From Octopus bimaculoides (taxonomy: Eukaryota): a stretch of DNA of 64,000 nucleotides. Made by a program: the position numbers and the translations under genes. The stretch spans positions 22,140,269 to 22,204,268 of the forward strand of contig NC_069001.1 in the NCBI RefSeq assembly GCF_001194135.2, in the 5' to 3' direction. Positions 41,249 to 55,145 of the stretch are shown here, one piece after another. A model generated the notes under the pieces. It saw nothing but the letters and a program-made list of their open reading frames with translations, was not told the origin of the DNA and ran no database searches. The stretch's first letter is position 1, and the number at the start of each line of letters is the position of its first letter.

Positions 41249-41777
41249 GGTGCCTCAATGAATATCTATACTTACAAATACATACATACATACACGCGAC
41301 ATATACTGTCATATATGTATGCATATCTGTGTGTGTCTGTGTCTGTATATATATATATACATGGAACAAAGAGAGTGGTAAGTGATGTGGGTAGGGGTGG
41401 TTGTGTGAGGGTCAATAAACTAAAACTTCTACGCAATGTTCCCTTCTTTTATGCTCTTTTTGTAATTTATATAATTAAAAATTTTGAAGCAGTTCTTTGA
41501 AAAATCTATTAATTATTAACTGAATTTAATTAAAAAAGTATTTTTTATTCAGCATTTTTTTTTACTACTTCACTTTTTTAGTTTTGTTTTTCAGTTAGAA
41601 AGAGAAAGGTGTAAGGAAAATTAAGAAACATAGAAAATGTTTTTTTTTTATCAGAAGTATTAAGGAGTATTTAAGTGATTAGTTTCATCATTGAATTAGA
41701 AATTTTGTTTGAGACAGTAGTAAAAGATTAAAGAGAATTTTATAAAATGATGAATATTTTTCTTTCCTTCGTCATTA

Positions 41778-41780
41778 TAG

Positions 41781-41830
<50 letters not shown>

Positions 41831-42022
41831 GAATTTTACTTTTATTATGATTATCATCATCATCACAGTCGTTATTATTTTTATTATCTTTGTTGTTGTT
41901 GCCGTTGTTATTGCTGTTGTTCTTTGTTGATGTTGATATTGTGTTGCGATGGTGGTGATTTTCGTTGTTTTTTTCTTCTTCTTCTTCTTCTTCTTCTTCT
42001 TCTTCTTCTTCTTCTTCTCCGT

Positions 42023-42096
<74 letters not shown>

Positions 42097-42110
42097 GTTG
42101 CTGTTACTTC
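41778..42110. repeat. Compound trinucleotide microsatellite (ATT/GTT/CTT/CTA)
   Basis: Direct reading. Confidence 0.95.
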
Positions 42111-43597
42111 TACTAGCGTCTTTGAAGCGAATGTTGAACTTTGATCCGGGTGGAAATATGACTGAAATAATAATAATACAAAAAACAAACAAAAGAAACC
42201 ACCGCCGAAGCTTGGAAGCTGTATGTACAACCAATGTGGTTTAGAGAAAAGAATATGAAAATAGAAAAATACATGTAAAAATATATACATACGAAAATGA
42301 AACTTAAAGAAACACTCCTTTATCTGGCCTGAACACTTGAAGTAAAAATAAGCATAATGATGAGGATGGCGAAAGGAGGAGGAAGAGGAGAAAAAATAAG
42401 AAGTGAAGGAGACTGGTGATTGTGTTAGCATTTTATTCTCATGTCAATTCTGATTAAGACCTGTGATCAAAGCCATGTTGATGACATCTTATTTTCAAAC
42501 GATGTCTCTGGACTACCTATTCAAGTAACTTTCTTTTGTTTTCTAACATAGGAAGCTTCTTTTGAAGTGAATTTGGATACTATTTCTAGCTTGTAGAATT
42601 ACATAGTACAGATATTCCAGGGTTGTGATGATGATGATGATTACGACGACGACGGTTATGAGGAGGATAAATGGAAATAGCCAATAGCATTATAAATTTG
42701 TCTTCTCAGACTGAACTCGAAAGTAATTGATATCAAAATGTTCCAATCTACTACTCCTAGTGTTTCCTTGCAGGAGTGAATTACAATGATGATGGTAACT
42801 ATTAAGTATGAAGAGGAAGACCATCATTTTGAAGAGGTTCTTGAGAGTCAATGCTCTGAGAAAATACGTACATTGCCCAATCTCTAAAATATTCTGGAAC
42901 TACCACAATTGAAATTGTGTGCAACGCGTACATAACTATTCCTTGCTCCGCACACTTGCTTCGACCGGTAAGAGTCGATTCTTATTCCTCTGGATTCCGT
43001 CTCCCTTTCATCTAAATCGGACTTTAGGTATACGTTCCGGTTTCAGCACAAATTGTCTATTACACGCTTTAAGAAAACCTATTTTTGCTCATTATAAGCA
43101 CTACTACTTCCTGTTTCGTCATGGAGAGATGTGCAGCAAATCTCATATTTCTGCATTGAAACTCATGACTGGAATTTACAGGTTCGTTCGGATGCGGTAA
43201 GTGTCATCTCAGATCCTACTGCAAAAACGACACAACCCTCCGAAATTATGGTGTAGTCTGACTTGATTAAATGAAAATAACTTATATTTGAAAGAGCCTG
43301 GGAGAGGCAATATTATTCTTATTGTTATTGTTGAGATGACGAGGTGACAGAAATGTTAATGTGCCTGACAAAATGCTTAGTGGCATTTCTTTCTGGTTTT
43401 TGCTTTCTGAGTTCAAATGCCGTCGAAATAGACTTCGTATTTCATCATCCCGGGCCGATAAGATAATTACCATCAAAGCGCCGGGGTTGATGTAATCAAC
43501 TTCCACGCTCATCAAAATTCTTGGCCTTGTGCCAAAATTAGAAAGAATTGTTATAATTACTATTAACATTCAGGAACATATGCGACATTAGTATTTT

Positions 43598-43663
43598 TGA
43601 ACAACCTGGTTTCGATGAATGTTATTAGATTTTAGTTTGGCGAGTTCCATCCTATCAGATTCA
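43598..43663 (-). ncRNA. Degenerate hammerhead-like motif
   Basis: TGAAT-CTGATAG-GATGGA...TTCATC-GAAAC-CAG-GTT-GTTCA; stems pair but the core reads CUGAUAG. Confidence 0.4.
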
Positions 43664-45222
43664 CTCAAGTATCTCTCTGATATCCTCCACACTGTTATTA
43701 TTATGGCTGGGCTCCAACTCGGGCCGCAGCAACAAAGTCCACACGCCCAACATTACTGCCCCAAGTTCCTGAATACATTCCAGGCTGGTGTCTGAGATCA
43801 AGATGTTGATACGTGATGACGTTTTCCTCTTCTTAGGTGAGGATGAAGTGGTGTCCACACGACTGGTTTGGATACTTTTAGTTCAGGGTGGCGTCCACTG
43901 TGACTGTCACAGCCACCTTTGCATAAGTTGCTACTGCCATTTTGATATTTGCTTAGCAGCTCAAATTCTTTTAGTAATCAGCTGTTATTCCTCTTACTTA
44001 TTGGTAACTATTGGTGAATACTGGCAACTATAATTTGTGATATTGGTCTACTTATCCCTCTTTTAGTAATCTTATATATTTTGGGAAACCGCTGCAACTG
44101 AAATAGATATGAAACATATGATCCTTAAAATGTTTCTTCAGAAACTGAGTAGAGATTTAGATTGAGGTGAATTGTCACGATCTATTTACGCTCTTTGTAA
44201 CACTGTAGCAAAATATATCTTTGAAAATCTCTGTACTTGCCTATGCAGCTGTTACAACGGTACGATCCACCCAACTCCTAAGAATAGAAGTAGTGTTTAG
44301 ATTAAATTTCGTTATTAAATTTTTCTTTCTAACTAAAATTTGCCATTGGGTTTTTTGTTTTCTTTCTCGAACTGAGACGCGAATTTTACTTAATTAAGTA
44401 TTTTTTGTGAACTTCTATTCAGTGCACCACTACCTAGCTGAATTGCTTAGCTCTGTGGCTGAGTAATAGTTTTTACTGGTTGATAGGCGCTAATTCACTG
44501 CTAAACTGAAGAGCAAGTGTGAATGTGCTTTTTGTTAGTCTGTGGAGAATTGTGTTAAGATCGACGACGGGGACATAGAAATCGGCTATTATTCCAGAAA
44601 GAGAACGGTATAGAGAGAGAGAAGAAAAAGAGAAAGAGAGGGGGGAGGAGATAGAAAGTGTATGTTTGCATGTGTCTTTGTGTGTGTGTGTGTGTGTGCT
44701 TATGTGTTTTTGTGTGTGCGTATATGTATTTGTGAGTGTGTGTGTGTTTATATATGCCTGTATGTTTGCGAGTGTGTGTTTGTGCGTGTGTATGTGTCTT
44801 TGTAATGTCACTTCCTGCTGCTTGTGTGCAAGTTTGGTCATTTCCACGTTACACATTATAGCTCTAGGTAACAAAATAACTTACATTATATAACATATTA
44901 TTTATTATTCATCAATTTAGCTAATAAAATTTATTAGTATAGCGTATATTATAGCTTACATAACTTAGTTTAAAGAGTATAGCATTTTTATTATAATTCA
45001 ATTTCCTGTAGCTTTTCAAAGCTGTCGCAAATTGTTTAATATTACTCTTGAGCTTTCCTATGATTTTAAATCTATCCATTATAAACAATTATAGCCCATT
45101 CTTACAAATTTGCGACCTCTGCGAAGATGGAAATCATATTGAACTACAGTGCTTAACATAAACTATATAATCTCTTAGATATATTATATTAGATATGTGA
45201 AATTTCAGACTGAGCGTGTGTG

Positions 45223-45272
<50 letters not shown>

Positions 45273-45800
45273 TAAATAGCTGATGGTGAGTTTGTGTAGA
45301 AAACTTGACGGATAAATACTTATCCAACCTATACACTCAGACATATCAAAAGTAAATAGACATCAACTTTTTTCTTCTTTCTTTTGTTTTCAAAATTTAT
45401 TTCCAGAAAATCGAATGCTGTTTGATGCATTAAACTCCTTAATTTCATATTTAGTAGACATGCCTAGTGTAGCCTTTAATGATTTAACTCGTTCGGGCAT
45501 CGTACTAATGAGTAATGTCCGAACCGATAAAACGGGTATAATGAAGGGTATCTATTTATTTTTGAGAAGACTGTGTACGTAGTTATGTATGCCTGTGTGT
45601 CTGCATCTGTATATTTGTGTGTCTTTGTAGTAGCGTGTGTATATGTGTTTGAGTTTGCCTGGATAAACTTAATAGGGTACATCTCAGTTCATCTACGTGG
45701 AGTGTAATTCATGAAAAGATTCATCGAAATTTTGCAATTGTGGTTCAGGGTCGTGACTTAAGTCTATTTTAGCAAAATGACAAAGAGACGAAAATATCGA

Positions 45801-46010
45801 TTTCAGATTTCGACACAAGGCCATAATTTCAGGAGAGTGGTAATGTTGATAACATCAACCCTCTGTCCACAACCGATATCTATTTCATCGACTCCAAAAG
45901 GATGAAAAGCAAAGTCGACCTCGGCAGAATTCGAACTCAGAACGTGAAGACGGACAAAATACAGCTAAGCATTTTCTCGGAGTGCTAACTACTCTACCAA
46001 CTTTCCGCTT
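45801..46010 (-). mobile_element. SINE family B
   Basis: AAAGTCGACCTCGGCAGAATTCGAACTCAGAACGT is the reverse complement of the family B B-box region. Confidence 0.75.
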
Positions 46011-46149
46011 TCAAAACGATATGTTTTTATTGAAAGCAAAGACACTCATTATACCAATGTGGGGAAGCTTTCAATTAATGCAGTATTGTTAACATGTTAA
46101 TATGCACAGACAGTATGGCGAACAGCTGGACGAAAATTAAACCAACCAG

Positions 46150-47900
46150 GTTTTGATCGTTTCTAAGAGCAATGTATGATATGGTCCTAACCCCCAACCT
46201 CCGCCATTAATATTAGGAGGTCTAAATGGAATGATACTGCTGAATGTCATCGATGCAAAGGTTATGTATCAGGCAGCGTGTAATCATTCCTCACTGAGCA
46301 CTGATGGTAGCATAACCAAAACCTGGATATTCTTGCAGACATTTCAACATCAATAGAATGAAATTCGATTTTAATTCTTTCAATGTCGTTTTCAACTGGA
46401 AAGTCAAGGAGTTCAGTGCAAGAACTGTGAAAAGAAAGATTTCTGCATGGTACAGAAGACGAGAGAAAGCAGGTGTATTTAAAGAAATTGTTCGTGTTTC
46501 CCGACCATTCTGTAATAATGATTGTACTCTGAAATTATGGAATGGTGCGATTTGTTAGTGAAGTTTGATTGAAATCAACATATAACGGACATGTGAAAAA
46601 TCAGAATTAAATGCGAAGATCTTAATAATGGTATTAAGTACGAAACTTGTGGTGCACTGTGCTTCCAGTAGAAATAGGATGATAGGATATATGTGGCTAG
46701 CTTCACTATGACCTACCTGAGTGGAGTTTTACCTAGAACGGTAGGATAGTGACTGAGATGCTGTGTATGTTAATATACAAGTGATCAACGAAATGTAATA
46801 TGCTTATGAGGGAAATAACAACACTATGGACAAAGAGTTAAAATTCAACAAGTAGTGCAGGAAAATATTTGATCCATGACAGCAATGTTTATAGATGCAC
46901 TCAGCTGTCAGTAGCGGTCGCATGGCTATCAGAGAGAAAGAAGGCTGCTGCTGCTGAAGGGATCTCATGTCCTGACGATGCTATGTTCCCATCAATGTTG
47001 TTTGTTGCGGCTGGACGAAGCTATAGTTTTAGAAGACGAGAAGTTGAAAATGTGGTATTTGTTTTACTCTTCAGTGTCAGAGTGTCGTAATGTTTCGGAC
47101 ATTATCACTTTAGCAGAATACAAAGCTAGCATGAACCTGGGGACTGTGAGAGAGAAACCAGTGCGTGTATGAAAATGGAAAATAATGCAGGAAGTAGATG
47201 AAGTGTTATTACCTTGGGGAAATACTATTCTGAGAAAGGAAATTAAAAAGCAGAAACGGATGGGTGTACAGATGCATGTTTCATAGAGTATCTGTATCTA
47301 CAGATGTGCATTAGAGGTAGCATATGCATGTCCATGGGGTGTATATATTTATACAGATATGTGCAAGTACAGGAGCATGATATCGTAAGTTAGTGGAGGT
47401 ATATTGTTATAGTGTGTGCATAATTCTAAAGTATATATTGTATGAAATGGTGTATTCGATGATAGGAGAGAGTTTGTGTTTGTAGAATTGAAGGTGTAAA
47501 AAAGCACATGGGATGGCAAGAACAACGAGGAAGTTATTACTTATATGTGTGCAAGTAAATAAATAAAATCAAGAAAATTAAAGAAACTAGAGAAAAAGCT
47601 TCTTTTCAGGTATGCGCCCGTGAATCAAAGCTATAGGGCTTTATATAAAATTCGAAAATGGAAGACAATTTTTGATAATTTTGAATTCTGAGTGGAGAAA
47701 TTGAAGTCAAATGATAGGGTACAAATGATAGGGTACAATCCAAGAAAATGAAATAACTCAGAAGGATGTGAAATGCAAGATCTTCTTACACGTGTGCCGC
47801 AGAGAGGAAAGTAAATGACTGGTGGGAGTGAGAAAGAAGAATAAATGAGATCTTCGGTAAAGGGAAGACTTAAGAAGAGTTAAGCACCAAAAATGGCTGT
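46150..47900 (+). mobile_element. Possible very old LINE remnant
   Basis: Frameshifted ILG-G-LNG (APE-like) and VDEV-YYLG (RT thumb-like) traces only. Confidence 0.25.
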
Positions 47901-48727
47901 GAGTGGAAATGGGTGTTAAGTGGTCAATGAGTGATTAGTGTTGAAACAAAACTGACAGGTAGAAGAGGTGTCAATTAAAGCAACGAATAGTGAAGTGTTG
48001 AAAATGCATGTATGAGAGCACGAGTGAGTCTAAGTGCATGTAACGTGTGTGTGTGTGTCTGTGTCTAGGTTATGGGTATGTGTGTGTCCGTAGAACTGTA
48101 TGTATGTTCATCTGTGTATATATGATTATGTAAATAATGGTGAGAGTAGTCAAATTGTAAAAGATTTCATACATGCGTGTACCTGTGAATGTGCAAGTGT
48201 GTGTATGTGTGAATGTCAAATGAATGTGCGAGGAGTAATATGTGTGTGTGTGTGTGTACGTACGTATGCATGTTTATGTGTGTATATATTCATATACATA
48301 TATACAGTGCAAAAGGTATAACTCAAAAACAAGTTAAAAAATAAAACAAGTAGACTCATAGGTTGACGATTAGGACATGAGGAAATATCTTTTATGTTTC
48401 GAGTATTTACTCTTCTTCTGAAAGATAGGCTAGACAAAGCGAGATAAAAAATGGAAAAGCAAAATATATAGATATAGAAAGTTACTTGTATAGAGCCGTC
48501 ACAAGAAAGAGAAAGAGAGAGAGGGGCATACATACATACACACACATACATATATACATATAATATATATATATATATATGTATATATACGTACATATGC
48601 ATACAAATATACATACATATTCATATACATATATGAATATGTATGTATTTTGGTACCCTCGAGTATATATATATATGTGTGTGTCTGTGTGTGTGTGTGC
48701 GCGCGTGTGTGTGTGCATACCTGTCAA

Positions 48728-48790
48728 TGCCGCCTATGCCATAAAATCTGTAAATTTAACGGAGGCCTCAAAAGACATCTTAAAATCCAC
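48728..48790 (+). other. Single C2H2 zinc-finger coding motif, probably a LINE C-terminal remnant
   Basis: CRLCHKICKFNGGLKRHLKIH fits C-x2-C-x12-H-x3-H. Confidence 0.5.
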
Positions 48791-48964
48791 AAAGGTGAGA
48801 ACTTAACTGCAACTCTTGCAGATATGCAATATATGTGGGTGTCTTTTCATAAAACAGTCTGGTTTAAAAAGCCACATGAGATGCCATGATGGTACTAAGG
48901 TGTAGGTACAGGAGATGGTCAAACTCTGTATTAGGAATAGACAGTCACACACACACAAACACTC

Positions 48965-49006
<42 letters not shown>

Positions 49007-49892
49007 ACATATATATAACGAAATGTTTGCTCTAGTCAGTGTTTAGGCATAATCAAAATTTAAGCTAGTTAAAATATGCTTGTGACATATTTCAACTGCT
49101 AATTGGGAAATGCACTGCAATTACCGCGAAGAAAGATATCTCTCTTATAGTAAACGGTATGAAAACGCCCGGTTTGTTCAGTGTTGCCATCTGTCAAGAA
49201 TCCTAGACATCGATGTTTCGAGTTTATTGACTCTTGTCAATGGAATGTACCTAAGAGAGGTGACTCTGAACGACCTTATAATATATATAATTCGTGTTAA
49301 TGAGGTCACATAAATTGTATTACCAAAGATGGAAAGTTCTTGTTCTAATATTGATACAGAGAGAAGAAAATATGCTATGATAATGAATTTGCTGTAGGTA
49401 AAATTCTATAATTTCATCATTTTTAGGAGTAAAAGTCCAGTAAGATAAATGTTAATGATAGACAGGAGTAAATAGAAGACATTCTATAATTTCTATTGTA
49501 TTTATCGAAGTCAAGAGTGAATACAATTACTGAAGTTAGCAATTCTGAACTTCAGCAAGTAGCATCAGCATCGTTTTCAACGATTGTCATCTGATGAAAA
49601 CGACGCTGAACTCACCAGTTTGCTGACACGCTAGCATGCAACTCACAATTTGTGAATTGCTGACACTATTTCCTTCTTAAAATGCTTCCTATTTTGTTAA
49701 GTGAGCTATCGATGCTCATTATTATCTCCTTTTATCGTATTATGATGGCTGCTATAATTTCTTGTAGTCGATGTTCAGAACCATTTCATGTTTGAAATGG
49801 AACTAAACAAGCCTGCCTTCTTGCACATGTTTTATTTGCTCCCTTCTCCTTTCCGATGCCTCAGTGTGCATACGTTGTGCTCCATGTTAAGT

Positions 49893-49995
49893 ATCCAATA
49901 AGTACAAGTTTACACTGGGGTCAATGTAATCGACTTACCTCCCCACAGTCCGGAAATTGCAGGCCTTGTGCCAGAATTTGAAACCATTATTATTA
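49893..49995 (+). mobile_element. SINE family B 3' fragment
   Basis: AATAAGTAC...CACTGGGGTCAATGTAATCGAC...CTTGTGCCAGAATTTGAAACC plus ATT tail. Confidence 0.65.
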
Positions 49996-50255
49996 GGTTT
50001 AGGTGTTGAGTTTCAGTTGACATTGGATGAGGCTTTGATTTGTTCGAAGTGTAGCATTATCTAATAACAATGTTTCACAGAACTATTGAATATTTGATAG
50101 CATTAATGCAGGGCTGGTTTTCTTGATGAGAGAAAGGAACACTTTTGCTAAAAATGTACCTACACTCTGTTGAAAGGTTTTCACTCCAGCTAGCGAGTAG
50201 GCATTTGCAACCAGAATCCAGTCTCGTGAGTTGTCACGTGCTTACCAGTCATCAT

Positions 50256-50391
50256 AATGGGTGTAATGTACTTTAAAGTTCTCCAGTATTAAAGGCAATA
50301 TATTTCTTAATTATATGAAATTTTTACTATCATATAATTAAGAAAATATTGCCTTTAATACTGGAAAAATTTAAAGGACATTACACCCATT
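50256..50391. mobile_element. 136-bp near-perfect palindrome (mini-MITE)
   Basis: About 62-bp arms AATGGGTGTAATGT..CCAGTATTAAAGGCAATA..TTCTTAATTATATGA and inverse; loop about 11 nt. Confidence 0.7.
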
Positions 50392-53236
50392 TTTCAAGGT
50401 TATTTAGGATGTCTCTGTGGTGATCAGACTTTTTGTGCAAAAGAATTATATATTTAGGTTTTCGGTATGGATAATTTTTGGAGTTATTTAGGTCGTAGAT
50501 GACACTGAAAATGCTTACCAATTTCAGATTAGGTTCTACAGTAAACAGCGATACCATATTGATTTATTATTTGCTTTTATCGGTTGAGCTAAGATTGCGG
50601 TTTTATTAAACAGGCAATCGTCTCTATAAATTGATTTTCATGGAACAGAAATTTGAACTTATAGTTTCAAAGAAGCAAGCAACCAGCAAGACTTACTGAC
50701 ATCTGTAGAGTCACTCGCTCCTAGGTTCACATCCTACGTAGAATTTGTCTCCATAGAGTTACTAAAAAAGATAAGTGTGGTTTAGGCTATGAGAATGACT
50801 TCTTTCATATTATCTGCATTGTGTGTAACGGACGAAGCATCATCTAAAACTTTAAGTATGAAGGGCTTAGTTATTGTGGTATAGTGGACTCAGAGACAAT
50901 TTACCAAATTAATGACTGATTGTGTGTAGCTTAAACATAGGAAATAACTTTTTGCAATGAGGAAATAGCGTTTTGTTTAAATAAGAATTTATCCAGCGTT
51001 TGCTTGTTTGTTTCAATTTTTCTGGTTTGATGACAAATAAGATTAGTAATGAAGTTGGTTTTGAAATCCTTAAAAGTGAATCGCAATTATTTATTGTTTA
51101 TTGGTACTTTTCTCTTGTCAATGTTAACATTGCTCTGAAAAGAAGCTGTGTCCTTGGATATTAAGGTCACTGAATATATTTCAATATTTCAGAAGACCAA
51201 TTTCATGTGGAAATGATGGAGTCTCACCGTAAACAGGTGTAGGTGACTGTACCGACATCAGAAAAAATGTTAATTTTGTTTTTACTGAACATATATATTT
51301 ATCTATAATTTCTTTTCATCTACGTTTTCTTTTTCACCTCATTACGTTTCCCTTTTGTTTTTTCCATTACTTTCCCCATAAAGAATATTACTGTTCATAA
51401 GACATGTTTCCTCGCAATTTCTTCTTCTGTAATGAACAACATTTATGACCTGACTTGCCTAGCCTGTTGTCTCATACCGAGCATTTCCTTCAACCACTCA
51501 GCAGTTTATATTGTTCACCTTTATCCTCTTAACATGAGCTTTTAAAAACCACAAACTTTCACCTAATGCTCTACTACGCATTCACTCCCAACTAATATGC
51601 AAAGAGTTATTTTTGTCACCATCTAAATGTTTCTTCCTACGACATTTTGTAGCATCACAGTTAAATACACACAACTACTACCCTGACACACCACAGCAAG
51701 TTTTTTCGTCTAAATTCTTCTCAAGACATCTCTATTTTTCTTTCCTTTTCTGCTTTTCTTTCTCCTTTATATATTCATCTTCCCTTTCACTTCCTTGTTT
51801 TCCATCTCAATCTTTAATTCCCTCTGCTTTAACTTCTACTTCTATTATTTAGCACTGCAGCCATTAAATTCCGCACCCATCACCATTTTCATGACTGTTG
51901 AGACCTATTACTTCTTAAATTGGTCTCAAATTTTAACGTTAACCACTCACATTTTACCAACCATCGACCACCCTTCGTATTGGCATTTTACGCTACACTA
52001 TATATGAGGATACTTTGGAAATACCTTACGAGGCGACGACCGTCCCTTACATAGTTTTCAGTTGCTGTCTGGCAAGGCATAGCACGCGTTCAGCCATTCT
52101 GCCAAGTATATGGCGAAGTCATGGTGGATAGTGAAGAGGTAACGAACGGAAGAGCACAGTTGAACCAACGGAGTTTCTGCTATTGATGCTGAATGGAGGA
52201 ATCCTAGAAGATAAACGGCCAGGATCACCAAGCACTATCAAGAGAGTAATTGCGTCGCATCCATAGAAATGGTGTTCGTGGTTGTGTAATCACCTAATGA
52301 AAGATTCTCTAATTGACTCAGTCTTTCAGTTCAAATTCATAATAACAGAATTGGATGACAACTGAGAATTATGGGAATCCGCGAGAACTGCAGCAATATA
52401 TAACACTTGATGCCTTTCTTTTTCACTTTGATTTTATTTTTTATCTTTATATATATTTCTCATTCTTATTACTGCTATTGTTACTAACCTCACCTTTTTA
52501 ATTTCTTTTATATGAGTGTCTTAAACTTAATATATCTTTCATTATTATAATAATTATCAGTATTGTGTCTATTGTCATTGATTCAATCCTCCTTTCTCTC
52601 TCTGCATCACACCCTGGATTAAAATACTTATCGGCCAAACGACCTTACATTTAATGGAATTCGTTGGATAAACAGAGTTGTAACATGTGGCCATGTTATA
52701 CATGCGTGCATCCGCACACATATACTCTTATGTCTATATTAATATGAATATATGGACAAATATATCGAAATATACCTATTGTTGTCTGTTTCCCATTTAA
52801 TTCGTTTATATTATATGTGTGTATGTCGACATTTTCTTTTTCTTTATATATAATTTTATATACTTTTTAAACTATTTATTTTTTATAGAAATTTTACTTT
52901 ACTTCCTCTTTTTATCTATAGTTTTCCTTTTGCTAACATTAAGGATGGTCAGCTTCATGAATTTTTATGTAACACATTAATTCCTATGATATAACATACC
53001 TTTATTTTTACTCACCAAGCCAGGTTAATTTCGAGCTTCCATACATTGCATATATAACGGAAAAATTTTCTATGCATACTACGAGTTGAATCGTTGGTGT
53101 AACTATCATGTTCTGAGCTTCCTTCATTTGTGTTGATTTGTGAATATACAGTTGTATTGTATAATGTATAGCATGTACATTATTGTAAACATGTAAACAT
53201 AGTATTATTCCACACTGAAATTATTATTGCATAAAG

Positions 53237-53252
53237 ATGGCTGCAAAACACC
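53237..53252 (+). CDS. Candidate exon 1 (MAAKH) of an unknown small secreted protein
   Basis: AAAG-ATG-G context; donor GTAACC; phase 1 matches the next exon. Confidence 0.25.
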
Positions 53253-53378
53253 GTAACCCTAAGGATGTCAAGTGGTTAAATAAATGCATTCTTATTTCAT
53301 AGTTCCTGACTTTGTATGGTTTATATACGTTTCATGCTATTTTAAATTATTTCATTGATCAAATCTTTTGAATTTCAG

Positions 53379-53508
53379 CTCTATGGGCACTCTGGTTTAC
53401 ACTTCCCTGCATTGGATTACTATGTGATCTGATAGCCGTGTCCGTTAGAGGAGCTTTCTGTGATACACACACAATTCTCTATATCCATTTCTTATACTAC
53501 AAATTTAC
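53379..53508 (+). CDS. Candidate exon 2 (signal-peptide-like)
   Basis: Acceptor TTTCAG, donor GTATGT; open frame LWALWFTLPCIGLLCDLIAVSVRGAFCDTHTILYIHFLYYKF; phase 1 in, phase 2 out. Confidence 0.4.
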
Positions 53509-54175
53509 GTATGTATGCTTGCATGTATGTATTCATGTATACACACATACATATCCATGTGTATGTACAAGAAATGTAAACTGGGGGAAGGAATAAAAAA
53601 TACTCTATATAGTGTAAAATATTTTAATAGTAGATGGAACTTCATTAATCGCTTATCCTAATTCCTAGTTTCCGATCTTGAGTAGATTGGAATAAGTAGA
53701 ACTGAGAATTATATATAATTGCACATTGGAAAAATATTGAATCGCATAGCATGCAGTTGTTAAATTGCAGAAATTAACAAAGGAATATTATTAGCTGAGT
53801 GGCGTTCTTTTTTTTTCCTGAAAATAGAAAATAGAAAAAAATCTTTGACACTTGGAAAATTAAAAATTATTCTATGAAATTGGTTTCTACAAAGAATAAT
53901 AAACGTGTGAAACTATATGCGAAAACTTTTATACGATGAAATAATAAATGTGCTAGAAAATATAATTCATATTGACTAAAGCCTCTATTCTTTTTAGTCG
54001 AAAGATTATATTTTTTTCGATTCAATTCCATTATTATAATCTAAACTACTTTGATTTGGCTGTTCAAAATTCCGAAGTAAATAAATACTTCGTAAAATAA
54101 CTGTAAAACTAAATTATTTCTGAATGCTCGTTTAACCAATTGTAATTTTGGAAATATATTTCCATATTAATATAG

Positions 54176-54273
54176 GTTTGATCAAAAATTGATGTATAAT
54201 GCAACTTATAGCGTGACAAAGAATCGATTATTGAAATCTCAACACAACAGAGACTGCTTCTTTGAAAACAAAG
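54176..54273 (+). CDS. Candidate exon 3
   Basis: Acceptor TAG, donor AAG|GTATGT; only open frame FDQKLMYNATYSVTKNRLLKSQHNRDCFFENK; phase 2 in, phase 1 out. Confidence 0.45.
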
Positions 54274-54411
54274 GTATGTTTTGGCGGTGTTGCGTTATAT
54301 ATAGGGGCAGGTTTTGCTTTAAATGCACGGATATCTTACTAAATCATTTTTAAAATGCGTTTTCTTTCAGACAGTTATAAGATACAAAATTAGTATTTTT
54401 CTTTGAGATAG

Positions 54412-54460
54412 ATTTAAACAAGGTAGGTCAAAAATTTCAAAAGTTAATCACCATTAAAAG
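54412..54460 (+). CDS. Candidate exon 4 (acceptor uncertain)
   Basis: Strong donor AAG|GTGAGT; LNKVGQKFQKLITIK; phase 1 in, phase 2 out. Confidence 0.35.
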
Positions 54461-54716
54461 GTGAGTTACTAGCAATTTTGCTGTTTTTTACGATACGGTT
54501 AGGTGAAGGAAACTGAGTAGCTCTAAGTACAAGTATGACTTAATGAAAGCTTATGTGATCTATTTCTAATGAAAGCTTATGTGATCTATTGTTAAATGGA
54601 AATAAATTAAATTCAAAATACTCTACATGTTCAGCTTAAATGCTCGCATGTATCATTCAATATTAGGATCTTCTTACGCATATAAACATCACTGAAATAT
54701 TTCATACACACTCACA

Positions 54717-54920
54717 AAGGTGGTGAGCTGGCACAATCCTTAGTACGTCAGGAAAACTGGTTTGCGGCATTTCGTTTGTCATGATGCCCTCAATTTAAAT
54801 TCTGCTAGGGTGGACTTTATCTTTCATCCTCCCAAAAATAAGTACCAGTTGAACATTAGGATCGATGTAAAGCACTTAGCACCGAAATTTGCTTGCGTTG
54901 TTCTAAAATTTGAAATCAGT
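54717..54920 (+). mobile_element. SINE family B
   Basis: AAGGTGGTGAGCTGGCACAATCCTTAG head; AAATAAGTACCAGTTGAACA. Confidence 0.7.
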
Positions 54921-54981
54921 ATTTACGCACACACGCGCGCGCGCGCGCACAAACACACACACACACATATATATATATATA

Positions 54982-55145
54982 TGACGGGCTTCTGTCAGTT
55001 TTCTTCTACCAAATCCACTTACAAGGCTTTGGTCGGCCCGAGGCTATAGTAGAAGACATTTGCCCAAGGTGCCATGCAGTAGGACTGAATACGGAACCTT
55101 GTAGTTGGTAAGCAAGCTAGTTACCACACAACCACTCCTGCGCCT
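54982..55145 (-). mobile_element. SINE family A 5' half
   Basis: Reverse complement of the family A head through GACGGGCTTC. Confidence 0.8.

Noticed and set aside
49565-49609. 15-bp-arm hairpin overlapping a CTGATGA (another small hairpin at 9534-9577)
   Set aside because: No GAAA-NUH hammerhead half is present, and short hairpins are expected in 64 kb of repeat-rich DNA
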